Assembly: GCF_024521635.1 (NCBI RefSeq)
Contig: NW_026250407.1
Location: 1,116,001-1,180,000 of the forward strand
Length of the DNA: 64,000 nucleotides
DNA from: Tricharina praecox
Taxonomy: Eukaryota
Reading direction: 5' to 3'
The position numbers were made by a program, and so were the translations under genes. The number at the start of each line of letters is the position of its first letter. The stretch's first letter is position 1. This document shows, one piece after another, positions 1 to 11,279 of the stretch. The notes beneath the pieces were generated by a model. That model was not told where the DNA came from. It saw only the letters and a program-made list of their open reading frames with translations, and ran no database searches.

Positions 1-786
1 CGCATCGGGACGCGCTCTTATGTCTGCCTCAGTGACCGCACCGATCGCCTCAGCATCTGGATGGAACTCGTTGTAGAGGACGATTCGCGGCCTGAGCTTG
101 CCCACACCGAGAGACCTCTTCCCAGCAATATCCCGAACGGACTCCATTTCCAGACACTCCCGGCAATCCGGAGGCTCCGCGCCCACGAAAAGCTGAGGCT
201 CCATTGGGCCAACCCAGCCACACTTGGAGCAGTTCATCTTCTCCAACCCTCCGTGAACCTGAATCGTCGTTGGCCACGGACCCTTGCTCTGCAGCGGCAC
301 GCTCGTCCTGAGGGGTTCGAGCCGAGTGTCTATGCAGTCAACATTTTGGGAGTATAGTCGTAATAGTCTGCCTTCGGTCGCTAGCGTGGCTAGGAGTTGG
401 TGGAACTCGGTGGGTTCAGCTTCGGCGGCCATGCCGTGCAACGTCCGCACCATATCGTGGAAAGACGCGGTAAGATCGTCGTCTTTGTAAACAGAAGCAT
501 CGAAAAGGTCCTTTCCGGAATTCTTTGCAGTTCGTAGAGTGTTGAAGAGGCCGTTGGAGGATCGGAAGTCAGGGATGCCTGCACCAACCGAGATGCCTGC
601 ACCAGCGATCACGACTATTTTCTTTTTCTTGCGCAGCAACTTCATCAGGGTGTCGAGTTGTCGCTTTTGATCGGTGCCGATGCTCTCTGGATCGGATGAG
701 CGAAGGTCGAGGAATTCCGTCTCTCGCGGTTTCGGCGGAGACTTCTGCCGCTTCGCATTGCTGGCGGGCTCTGCGTCCTTCTGCAT
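1..786 (-). CDS. HST4: Sir2-family NAD-dependent deacetylase, Hst3/Hst4 class (3' end runs off the window)
   Basis: Missing from the ORF track because it has no stop in the window. Manual translation from ATG 786 gives MQKDAEP...KKKKIVVIAGAGISVGAGIPDFRSSNGLF...KDLFDASVY...PTEFHQLL...RLLRLYSQNVDCID...IQVHGGLEKMNCSKC...CREC...GKLRPRIVLYNE, with the sirtuin GAGIS, QNxD, HG and Zn-binding Cys motifs. Confidence 0.9.
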   Translation of the reverse strand, partial: MQKDAEPASNAKRQKSPPKPRETEFLDLRSSDPESIGTDQKRQLDTLMKLLRKKKKIVVIAGAGISVGAGIPDFRSSNGLFNTLRTAKNSGKDLFDASVYKDDDLTASFHDMVRTLHGMAAEAEPTEFHQLLATLATEGRLLRLYSQNVDCIDTRLEPLRTSVPLQSKGPWPTTIQVHGGLEKMNCSKCGWVGPMEPQLFVGAEPPDCRECLEMESVRDIAGKRSLGVGKLRPRIVLYNEFHPDAEAIGAVTEADIRARPDA

Positions 787-1500
787 CGCTGGCGCAGCTG
801 GTCAAAGGGGGAGAGGGGGCGACGACGGTAGAGTGCGACCGAGCGGATGGGCGACGAGGAAATCGGAAGAGTCGAAAGGCGGTGGATGCACGTTATGGTG
901 GTGGAGATGGAGCGACCGAAGAGAAATTATGGACGGAGGGAGAAGGGGCGGCGGAGAGGTGGGTGGGTGAGCGATGCGACGAGCTGTGATCCGGCGAGGA
1001 GAGAAAGAAGGGAGAGAAGGGGCGGGAGGCGGAGAGAGGTAGGTCTCGGTGGGCAGTGGGCACGGGTGCGTAGGTACAGCTGCGTCGGTGTAAGTGCTGT
1101 AAAGTATGCGTACGTACCGTACCTGTAGAGTGCCTCACTGTACCATACCATGGAAGTGCCTTGTGTGCTCGCAGATACTCTACAGCAGTCGACGGCTCAA
1201 ATAGCAGCCTGCAGTATCGGTGCTCGACCTCAAACTTCAAAGCTAATCCTCAATTGTTTGTTTTCGGTGACAGGAATGGTGGCGATGGTAGGTACTGCAA
1301 CTGGCAGCGACACCTCCCTAGGAGACGAGGATGGGAGCATTCTATGTGGCCGTGTCCGTATGCTGTGGTCGTCATGGGCTGGAAAGAAAGTCACCAGATG
1401 TGAGGATCCCCGCTGTGTCGCTCCATGGCAAGTATGTAAGATTATTATATGTTTTCCTAGCCGAATAAGAACTCTCCAGGTTATCCTGCCGGGGGGTTTT

Positions 1501-1538
1501 GTTATTGTTATTGTTATTGTTATTGTTATTGTTATTGT
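1501..1538. repeat. (GTTATT)n microsatellite
   Basis: About 6 tandem copies read directly. Confidence 0.9.
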
Positions 1539-3534
1539 TTTGATATTTCTAAGTGCTGCGGGCGGGGGCGCCTGGACTCGGCTCATTGCGTCCATCGTCA
1601 TGATACCCCTCAGGCCGCTACTAGTAGAGTACTCGGGTGTAGGGGTAAGTGGTGCACCCAATTCAGTGCCATTTGGTACTGGTGGTGGTGCACGACTTTC
1701 CCTCGCACCCGAGCACATGCATCCATCTCGTCCCTTCGACCAAACATATGTATACCCGACCGGCCTTCCCGATAGACCTCTTCGGCACTGCAATCCTCTC
1801 CATGATCTCCCATCTTTTTTTTTAATGTTTAATCTTCAAACCATGGTCTCCATCTCCAGCGAAAACCCCAACACAAAACAGTTGACCGAGTGATCTGTGG
1901 ATGATCTACACCACACAGTAAACGGCCGCTTCAACCGGCACCAGGTCCTCCTTATTTCCCTACCAATGTACTTCGCAATTTCTGTCGTCAGTGGAGCTGA
2001 GGCCGTGACAGTCATTACTTGCTCAAGTACGAACAGTAGGTATGTGCTATCCATAATAGTTCATCAAGTCCTCGGGAATAATAAGGGACAGATTTTTCGG
2101 TTTCGACGTTCGAGCTTGAATCTTCATCTGCCCAACTCCTTTAAATACCTTATATATAAAAATTCTCCAGTTTCCTGCTTCAAGCCGTTGAGACTCATAG
2201 CCAGTACTGTTTCGGTCTTGCCATCGTCACCTGCCAATAGGGCCTCTTCTATGTTCCTGTTCGTCTCCGAATCGCTCATATGCCCCTCCACAAACCTTCA
2301 AGGCCCCGTAGTTAGGCTGCAACACCTTCCAGTGGGTACATATTCTTCTCGGACGGAAGCCGCGGCGTCTGCCTCTAGCGCGATAAACTTTGCGTAGTCG
2401 AGGTTTATAAGTAAGAAACCCCATTGCTGCCCTCCGCCAGTCTCCAGGAAACGACACCTAAAACTCTGGAAATAAATGGCGTTGGTTTTGATTTCTCGAA
2501 ACGCCTGATAGGTACCGGTATGCATCCGTGGCTCCATCGTTCCCACGGTTGGGGAGTTCGACGACAAAAAGGCGCGCTATATACATACGGGAATCGGTCC
2601 TCGTCCTTCGCACCCTTCGGTCCTGCATAACAGGATACCGTCGGGGTTAGATGCTATTTTCCTAGGTACTCCTTCCATTCCAATGCTTCCCGTTGTCTCC
2701 TGTCTCAACGTCCTCGGCGAGCGGTTTGCGAGGCTTGATGGCTATGGGAGCTTGAATTACCCTCATAGTACCGGTAGTCGAAGCTGGCCCTCTAGGAGGC
2801 ATGATTGTACATGGTGTAAGGGCCGGACAGCGCAGAATCGTGGAGCGTTGTGGTGATAGTATTGGCGAAAGATGGTCGCTCTGCCGCGATCGACCAGGAC
2901 AACCCGATAAAGAGATGAAGAACTACTTATACCACTGTTTGGAACTCTAATCCAAACATCTAGAAATCTAGGGAGGCCGAGTCTGAATAGCGAGCATGAT
3001 TCCCATGGCCATTTCACTTCGTATTTAAGTTAACGATCTACCTACGGAAGAACTGGCGAGCCGAGAGGGCCAGCTTCCGAGTCGCCGAGGTCCGAACCGG
3101 CCCAACCTTCACCGGCGACCTGATGCAAAACATATATATCGGCTTGTGTATGTGTGTGGTGATACAGGTGGGGGGTTCTGCCGACGTTCGGCGGGCCATA
3201 ATCTCATACCCAGTGACAGGCGGGATTTATCGGGCTATGGAGCCTATTTTGCTGGGATGGGTAGGCGAGGAGGGAGGGGGGAGGGGGGGACGGCAGGGTG
3301 ATGTCGTTTCCGTTGCGTCAGGGCAACCCCTCCATTGTGCCCCTCGCTCGCTCGCGGTGCTCTCCGCTCCCCACAGGTGTAAATAAAATCACTCTTCTTC
3401 TTCTTGCGCCTTTGCCGATAATACTATATAATCCTCTCGCAACACACGCCCCGAACTTGCCCGACACTCATATATAGTTCGTTCTACTAGACATCTCTAC
3501 ACGCATACACGCAAATCGATAAACAACAGAAGAA

Positions 3535-5117
3535 ATGTCTCTTAGCAACAAACTCGGTATGCTGATGGATGATGGGATGGGATGGGATGGGATGGGGATG
3601 GAGATGGAGATGCTGACTAGATGCTATAGCCATCACCGACGTTAACGTCAAGGACAAGCGTGTCTTGATCCGGGTACGCATCTCCCATCTCCTCCAGGTC
3701 TCCTCGTCCACTCGTTGATCGTGTATAGGTCGACTTCAACGTCCCCCTTGACGGCACAACCATCACCAACAACCAGCGTATCGTCGGCGCTCTGCCCACC
3801 ATCAAATACGCCCTCGACAATGGCGCCAAGGCCGTCGTCCTGATGTCCCACCTGGGCCGTCCCAATGGAGCGAAGGTGGAGAAGTACTCGCTTGCGCCCG
3901 TCGCCAGTGAACTCAAGAAGCTGCTCGGAAAGGACGTAACGTTCCTGAACGACTGTGTTGGAAAGGAAGTTGAGGAGCACGTTGCGAAGGCGACTGGTGG
4001 TATGTGGTTCTCCTAGGGTGTATGCGAGGTCTGGGGGCTGATGGTAGTGTAGGAGAGATCATCCTGCTCGAGAACCTGCGGTTCCACGCCGAGGAGGAGG
4101 GTAGCTCCAAGAACGCCGACGGAAAGAAGGAGAAGGCTGATGCCGAGGCCGTCAAGGCCTTCCGCAAGTCGCTCACCTCCCTCGGTGACATCTACGTCAA
4201 CGACGCCTTCGGTACCGCCCACCGCGGCCACAGCTCCATGGTCGGTGTCGACCTCCCCCAGAAGGCCTCCGGGTTCCTCATGAAGAAGGAGCTTGAGTTC
4301 TTCGCTAAGGCTCTCGAGAGCCCCGAGCGCCCTTTCCTTGCCATCCTCGGAGGAGCAAAGGTTTCCGACAAGATCCAGCTCATCGACAACTTGATCCCCA
4401 AGGTCGACAGCTTGATCATTGGTGGTGGTATGGCGTTCACCTTCAAGAAGACCCTGGAGGGTGTCAGCATTGGAAACTCGCTGTTCGACGAGGCGGGTTC
4501 TAAGATCGTCGGTGACCTCGTCGAGAAGGCCAAGAAGCACAATGTTGAGATCATCCTGCCTGTGGACTACGTCACCGCCAACAAGTTCTCCAAGGACGCC
4601 GATACCGGCTATGCCACCGATGCCGATGGTATTCCCGACGGATGGCAGGGACTGGACTGTGGTGAGAAGTCTATCGAGCTGTGCAGGGACGCCATCTCTA
4701 AGGCGAAGACCATCCTCTGGAACGGGTAAGCATACATCCACTCTACGTAGGATAATCGTGCTAATTATACTATAGTCCCCCGGGAGTCTTCGAGTTCGAG
4801 AAGTTCGCCACTGGAACCAAGGCCATGTTGGATGCCACCGTCGATGCCGCACAGAAGGGCACCACGGTGATCATCGGTGGTGGTGACACGGCGACCGTCG
4901 CGAAGAAGTTCGGCGCTGAGGACAAGCTGAGCCACGTCTCGACTGGTGGTGGAGCGTAAGTCATACTTGATCACATTCTAGTGGTGCACATACTGACTGC
5001 GACAGTTCTCTTGAGCTCCTGGAAGGAAAGGAGCTCCCCGGTGTGACTTACCTCTCAGTAGGCGCCCCAATCCCCTTCCCACGCACTGAGAAATGCTGAC
5101 AGTTTCAGAGCAAATAA
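3535..5117 (+). CDS. PGK1: Phosphoglycerate kinase (7 exons)
   Basis: [29 protein letters not shown]...LLENLRFH...NDAFGTAHR...GGAKVSDK...IGGGDT...[27 protein letters not shown]. Six GT-AG introns; the last coding exon is only AGC AAA TAA (5109-5117). Confidence 0.98.
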
Positions 5118-5512
5118 ATGCAGGCACCCAAAGCACAAAATCGGTGGTGAGAAGATGACGGAATTGTAGTTTCTTAAGCCCGGGGGATCGCAGTGTGTAG
5201 TCCCAAATGAAAGAACCGTCTTCTGTTTCGTCCATTAGTCTCTCTATCATGTGCCATATCATGTGCCGTAATATCGTGCTTCCTGATCACACTACGGGTA
5301 TACGATGGGTATCGGGTGTAGAGTATTTTATTTTCGCCGAAGTTGCATTATTAATTGACATCGCCGAATACCACCACCACCGGTGGAACGAAAAACCGTC
5401 ATTCCTCCCTTTTACACACAGCCGACAAACAAAAGTAGTAGTCCCATAGGTATAAGTCTGGCGAGACTCGTATCTTCGATGGGCGCGTTGAACTAATGGG
5501 TCCTCGGAGGGA

Positions 5513-5962
5513 CTATGACATCGACTCGCTTTTTCCCGACACCTTCTTGAGCTCCTCTCTAGTCGCGAAAGTCCATCACCTTAGCCATTGACGATTCCTG
5601 AGGTGGGCAGGCGGGTTGGAGGGGGGTGGGGGGTGGAAGGGGAAGGGAGGGAGTAGGATGTACCTCAACTGCGCGGCGAAATCGTCGGTGGTCTCGTCGT
5701 CATCCCAGCTCTCTTCCCAGAGGTTCTTGCTCTTGCCGCTCTTGCCGTCGGTTTCCGTGTCCGACCAATCTGTGGAGCGCGAAAGATCGTTAGCGGTTGA
5801 TGTAGGTAGGCGCGGAGGGGCGCGATGGATGGATGGATTATTACCCTCGGCGGGAAAGTCCTCGAACTCGTCATCTTCCTCGAGGACCTTGTTCGTCTTC
5901 TTTGAGACCTGCGGCTGGTCTTTGGGTTTGGAGTCGGAGGCGGTCTTGGGTGTGGAGGACAT
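5513..5962 (-). CDS. SEM1: 26S proteasome/TREX-2 subunit Sem1 (DSS1), 3 exons
   Basis: LEEDDEFEDFPAE/DW...LWEESWDDDETTDDFAAQL/REELKKV matches the DSS1/Sem1 signature. Confidence 0.95.
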
Positions 5963-6721
5963 GGTGGTGGATGGTCGCGGTGTGGGAGTGGTGGTGGGTG
6001 CTGATGAGATTGCGTGATGTGTAGATGAGAGATGATCAGCTTGAAGTGGATTGGAGCTTTGATGGTGAGGTGTGGCGGCGGCGTGGCTGTGCTGACCAGG
6101 GAGGTAGGACTGACACGAGCTAGAGCAACTTGAGTGACTTTGGGAAGTGGTGGGGCTCAGGCAAGGCCGACGGAGCAGCCCCGCGTTTCCCCACGTATTC
6201 ATGACATTGCTCACTCCACGGAGTGGTACAATGCATGTATCTGCTCTATGCGAGTATCTTGTATACTTTGTATTTCCTCGGAAGCCCGCTATCAGGCTTC
6301 TTCAAAGTTCTCTCTGCTCCCAAGGATAGGAACCCACCGTAGGTAAGATTGGGCAGACGGTCGGCCTGAATAATGTCCGAATGTGCTCGTCAGCGACGTT
6401 GCGCTCGGTCTGTTCGGACTTAAACCAAGTACATACGGTACATGATACCGGTTTCCTTTCATGCAGTAGTTAGGCATGGTCCAGGACTGGTGCATGAACT
6501 CCACCGCCGCTGCGTCTGAGCCAGCCGGGCCCCACTAACTTACCACTACTTAGAATTCCGTAGCTGCTCTAAAATTCCTCACATCTCCTACACCCTACTA
6601 CCTACCTCACTTCTCCACACTCCTCCTCCTCCGCCTCCTCCTCCTCGGACGACGAACGATCGAGAGTGCATACTGTACCAGGACCAGAACTCGGAGACTG
6701 ATCGACCAGCTGCACGTTGCA

Positions 6722-9422
6722 ATGCTCAAGGCATTAGGATTCGGGGGTTCCCATTCGGCGTCGAGCCAATCGCTCAATGCTCTCGATGAGCCGTATGCAC
6801 GTGTGTCTCTCCTGCTCGCGCCCTATGAAGGAGAAGAAGAAGAAGAGGAGGAGGAGGAAGCCGGAGGAGCTATTTATTGACATACGCGTGGCGATAGTGA
6901 ATCAAGCCTTGAAAGGTTGGCCTACCTCCGTCTACCTCCGTCTACCTCCCTTCACGAACATGCGGGTACTGACCTAAACCATCGATGGACATGCTCATGG
7001 ACGACTACGTCAGTGACGCGGAGAAGGCACTCGAGACTGGACAGTCTAGTTTCCATAAGGTGCTCTCCACTTGAACAGGGAGAGGTAGGAGTGAGAATAT
7101 TGACAGAGGACAGCTGGCTGGAGGAGTGATCGCATTTTTAGGCGCGAGTCTGGGCTTCGAGGCGGACATAATGAAACAAGGTTTCTATACCTGCCTGTTT
7201 AACGTGATAGATGATCGCCACAGGCCTGACGTGTTTGGATTGTAGCTTCTGATCGACTCGCGGATGCTGAAGCTTCGGCTGAACGGGATAGGAAGAGAGC
7301 TGTGAAAGAGAACCATGTCTCCGGGAATATCCCGCCTGGAATGGAATTTGCACTCTGTCATGCTGAAGCGCAACTCATGTCTGCGGTAGGTCCTGCGTCG
7401 TAGCTCTTCGGCAGGAACTGGGTCTGATCGTGATGTCGCATGCAGGTCGTGGGATTGCTCTCCGAGTCCGTCGCCGAGACGTTACGATCGTTCTACAGAC
7501 TCCGAACGGCCTACAAGACCCTCGAAGGCATCCATACTGCCATCAGCGCCATACCTACGGACGATGAAGTCGGGACCTCGACCCCTGCCAGTCGGCGCAG
7601 CACCGAGTCGGATAGCGCGCGATCGTCGAAGGCGGCTTCGACCGTTAGTGGCGCCGGATCAAAAAAAGAGGAGGGAATCACGATGGGCAAAGCTTCAAGC
7701 AAGGCTTCTGTGGTGTCCCTTCGAAAGACGAAATCTCGGATGGCTCGGGACGAGGTGGAGGTGTTCACACGGTCTGGGTGCGCTCTGTGTTTTGGGCTGC
7801 TGCTGCTTCTGCTCGGAATGGTTCCCCCCAGTCTTGGTAGGGTCATGAGCATAGTGGGGTTCCGGGGAGGTAGGGAATATCTGGACTTTCTCTCGCAGGT
7901 GTCATGGGTTGACCGTTCCCAGACAGACAACGAGGGCTCGAGATGCTCTGGGAAGCTGCTGAGGCGGGCAACGTTCACGGTGCCATTGCAACTTTGGTAA
8001 TCCTGCAGTATTACGGTAACGCTGTACAGTTCTGCGACATCCTCCCGCCGGATAACGATCAAGGTGGATATCCGAAGCAGAGATGCCAGTTGATCCTAGC
8101 AAGGATAAGAAGGAAATACACCAACAGCGCTCTCTGGAAGCTTGAGGAGGCCAGGATGGAGGCGGTTGAGGGACGAGTCGCTGTGGCCGTGGACATGCTG
8201 TCTCAGCCCATCAAGACCGAGATGAGGTTTGTGGGCGTGGCGGACGTGATGCTGATCTTTGGTTGCTGACCGGCTGGTAGACAAGTTGAGGCGTTGATGC
8301 TGTTCGAAAAGTCAATGTAAGAGCTCAACTCAGCGAAGCTGAGAATTCCTCGGAGACTGACGGCGCGGATTAAGCAACGGCATGTTTCTCCACCGCTACG
8401 AAACAGTGGGAGACGACTTCATAAAGGTGATTTGGCCTACTTTATCGTATTTGGGATGGCAATTGACTCTGATGCAGCTTACGACCCTTAACAAATGGTC
8501 CCATGGCCTCTATCACTAGTATGGTCAACTCTCCAACCTGTTTCCGACCAAGAGCTGATAAATGGCCTGTAGCTTTGCCGCTGGATGTTACGTCGAGTTG
8601 TACCGGCAGTACAACGGGAAGGATGCCGAGAAAGCAGTAAGTGTGAACGTCCATCCGAGAAGACAGAAGCCTGAACAAGATGCACAGGAGACGTATGCCA
8701 AGTGTGCCGAGGAACTCATCCTTAAAGTACCAACCTTCATGGGCAAGAAACGCTTCATGGCACAGAGCCTTCCGCTGGAAGTCTTCGCCGATCGGAAGAT
8801 CAAGAAGTGGCAGGCCCGAGCAACAGCACGGGGTATCCGACTGGTTGACGGTGTCGGAGCGAGTCCTATCTCGGAGATGATATACATCTGGAGTAAGCTT
8901 TACTTGCTGTGTTCCCAGAAGATGGCCCGATCTGACTGAGTGTAGATGGGTATAAGCGGATGGATCTAGAAAACCTAGACACTTCTCTGAAGGCGATTGA
9001 GTACTCGCGTGAGGCTCAAGCTGACGAGGCTGATGAGTGCGCGATCCGCAACTTGCTGGAGAGTGTGGTCTGCCGGAGGAAGGGGGAGCTAGAGAGGGCT
9101 AAGGAGTTGCTCACTCTGGTGTTGGAGACTCCCCTTCCTAAGGGAACCCCACACGACGAATGGATGCGTTAGTTTTGCATTCGATGCAATGGACAATGGA
9201 TGCTGACTTCGGATAGTGCCAACTGCGCATTACGAGATGGCGGTTTGTTTATGGCATCAACATGGGCCGGGCGAGCACAACGAGGAGATTAAAGGGTGGC
9301 TAACGAAGGCTGCCAATTGGGGAGCGTATGAGTTGGATACGCGGGTTGGGATGAAGATACAGACAGCACTGGACACCGTCAGACGGTACAGTGAAGCCGC
9401 GACTGGGGCCGCCAAAACATAA
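6722..9422 (+). CDS. IML2: Iml2/TTC39-family TPR protein, many introns
   Basis: MLKALGFGGS... start; ALETGQSSFHK; FYRLRTAYKTL; SGCALCFGLLLLLLGMVPPSLGRVMSIVGFRG; GNVHGAIA; PLEVFADRKIKKW; PTAHYEMAV...YELDTRVGMKIQTAL. All typical of fungal Iml2. Confidence 0.88.
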
Positions 9423-9530
9423 AGGCGAGAGTGTAGAGCAGAAATGAAACGAAAATGTGTATGAGCAATATGTACTGTTTATTTGTCTGTATGTATCTAT
9501 CGGGGGGTATCCTCTATACTGAAATGAGCA

Positions 9531-10771
9531 TCACAATTTGGACAAGCTCTTGACGAAAGACTCGGGTAGACACTTGTTCCTGAGCGTCGCCCGATCCGCC
9601 TCAGCATCCTTTCGCCACTGCGCAAGCTCCGCTTGTAGGTATTTCGCGGCAGCAACAGCTATTTCCTTCATCAGCATGGTTTATCACTCGCGAGGTTTCC
9701 ATCCAACTCACCAGTCTCGATCGGCTTCTCAAGTGGCACCAAATGCCCAGCCCCAGCAATCGCCACCATCTCCGCACGCGGGGTATACTCCATCTTCCTC
9801 TTATTACTCGCCTCCGTCGAAACCGGGCTCTCCGTGCCCACAATATATAGCACCTTTGGGCGCACCTCCGGCAGCTTCCTCCAGGTATCGCCACACGCCT
9901 CATGCGCCGTGCACTCCTCCTGTCCCGGCGGGCCCTCACACTTCAAAAATGTGAACACCTCCTGATGCTTCGTGGTAGCCAAAGTCCACCCCCTGGCATC
10001 CGGGTACACCGCGCTCGGCAGCTCGCGCAGTCCATGCTCCATGTGCGCATCAAGACACCGCGGGTCCCAGCTCTTGTAGAACTTGCGGCTGCGGAAGTAC
10101 TTTTCGGCGGTCGCGCGGTCCGGCCAGACATCTATGCGGCGCGCCGACGCCACGGCGGGGGCGTTGCCGCTGAAGATCTCGAACTCTTCCGCGACCGGGT
10201 CGATGGCGACAAGTGTCGAGAAGAGCGACGGGTGGAGCAGCGATGCGCGAAGGACCGCGTGCCCGCCATAGCTGTGGCCCATCCCCACTAGTGGCGGAGG
10301 CAGCTGCGCCGCAAACGTGTTGATCAGCTGCAGGAGGTCGCGAGGCAGGTCGCTCCAGCTCGGCTGGTCGCCCAGGTGGTGCTCGTTCACGGTGCCTGAG
10401 GCGCCTTGGTGCGCGGCGTCGGGCGCCCATATCCCGCGCACGCCGACGGAGAGGCGCTGCAGGTGTAACAGCAGGTCGTCGAAGAAGGGTTCGTAGAGCT
10501 CCTGCGGGATCACATGTTAGCTAACCCCTGGGCTTGTGGAGAGGATGGGTGAGGGGAGGGGATGGGTGAGGGGATGGACTTTGTGGAATGCATTCGCATG
10601 ACAGAAGATAATGCTCATATCCCCCTTCTTCGGGGTGTAGTCCTTTGGGACGTACTGGTTCACCACCAACTTGAGTAAGGGAGTGTCGGCGTATGCGCTG
10701 GTGGTTCCGCGCGGGAACTCGCGGATATGCGAGGCATTGATCGTGTGCGTCGTGACATTGAATTGAGACAT
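9531..10771 (-). CDS. Alpha/beta hydrolase (Lpx1/MpaH-like) with C-terminal SKL, 3 exons
   Basis: CHANAFHK/ELYEPFFDDL, DAAHQGAS, nucleophile motif VGMGHSYGG and GAGHLVPLE. The last exon splices in frame to ...FVKSLSKL*. Confidence 0.9.
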
Positions 10772-10899
10772 CGCGAACTGAAGAAGCGAGGGATAGGATA
10801 TGGATCGCTGGGAGATCCGGGGGATACAGAGGTAATTTATCTAATTCCCCCGGGATATTTGAGCGCGGTGCCTGTGGGGTACATTCTTGGGCAGGTGAG

Positions 10900-11129
10900 A
10901 CGCGTATGGGTGGGGCGGAGAGCTCACTCGGACCGAGGCTGTTTACTATTCAACGTGCCTATGGACACCGGATTAAATTTATGGCTGGTGATGTGGCTCA
11001 GTCTTCCGGCATGTGGACTGACACCGACCTAATCTCTGTGGCTGGTGATGTGGCGCAGTCTTCACGCCTGTGAGTACACGGGACTCGGCTCCTGCCGACA
11101 ACGCGCACTTTATGGAATGAACAGACGCG
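10900..11129 (+). promoter_or_regulatory. Cluster of MCB-like elements in the hydrolase/RTT107 bidirectional promoter
   Basis: ACGCGT at 10900-10905 and ACGCG at 11101 and 11125, upstream of a replication-stress gene. Confidence 0.45.
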
Positions 11130-11279
11130 CTTCACGTCTCCCTTGCACTAAGCCCACAAACAACAAAACTCAACACGGATCATCGCCGTTTCAACAGCCA
11201 CAATTACCACCAGCACACACACGTTCATTACCAATCCTCGGATCTCTCACTCGCTGTTGTTGTACTTGGAATCGAAAAG

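Noticed and set aside
1150..3020. Several ORFs between HST4 and PGK1 (e.g. 1150-1893 +, 1230-1793 -, 2298-2567 -)
   Set aside because: No recognisable motifs, and the hydrophobic stretch comes from a (GTTATT)n microsatellite. A decayed minus-strand orphan is possible, but I could not build a consistent model.
4013..4852. Long antisense ORFs over PGK1 (similarly over MDM1, the AAA ATPase, BAT1 and SCY1)
   Set aside because: These are shadow ORFs caused by GC-rich third-position codon bias of the real genes.
5040..5175. Cryptic peroxisomal PGK isoform via read-through or alternative splicing, as known in other fungi
   Set aside because: I tested read-through of TAA, intron retention and nearby alternative donors and acceptors. 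The endings are QNRW*, TEKC*, VVRR* or MTEL*, none a PTS1.
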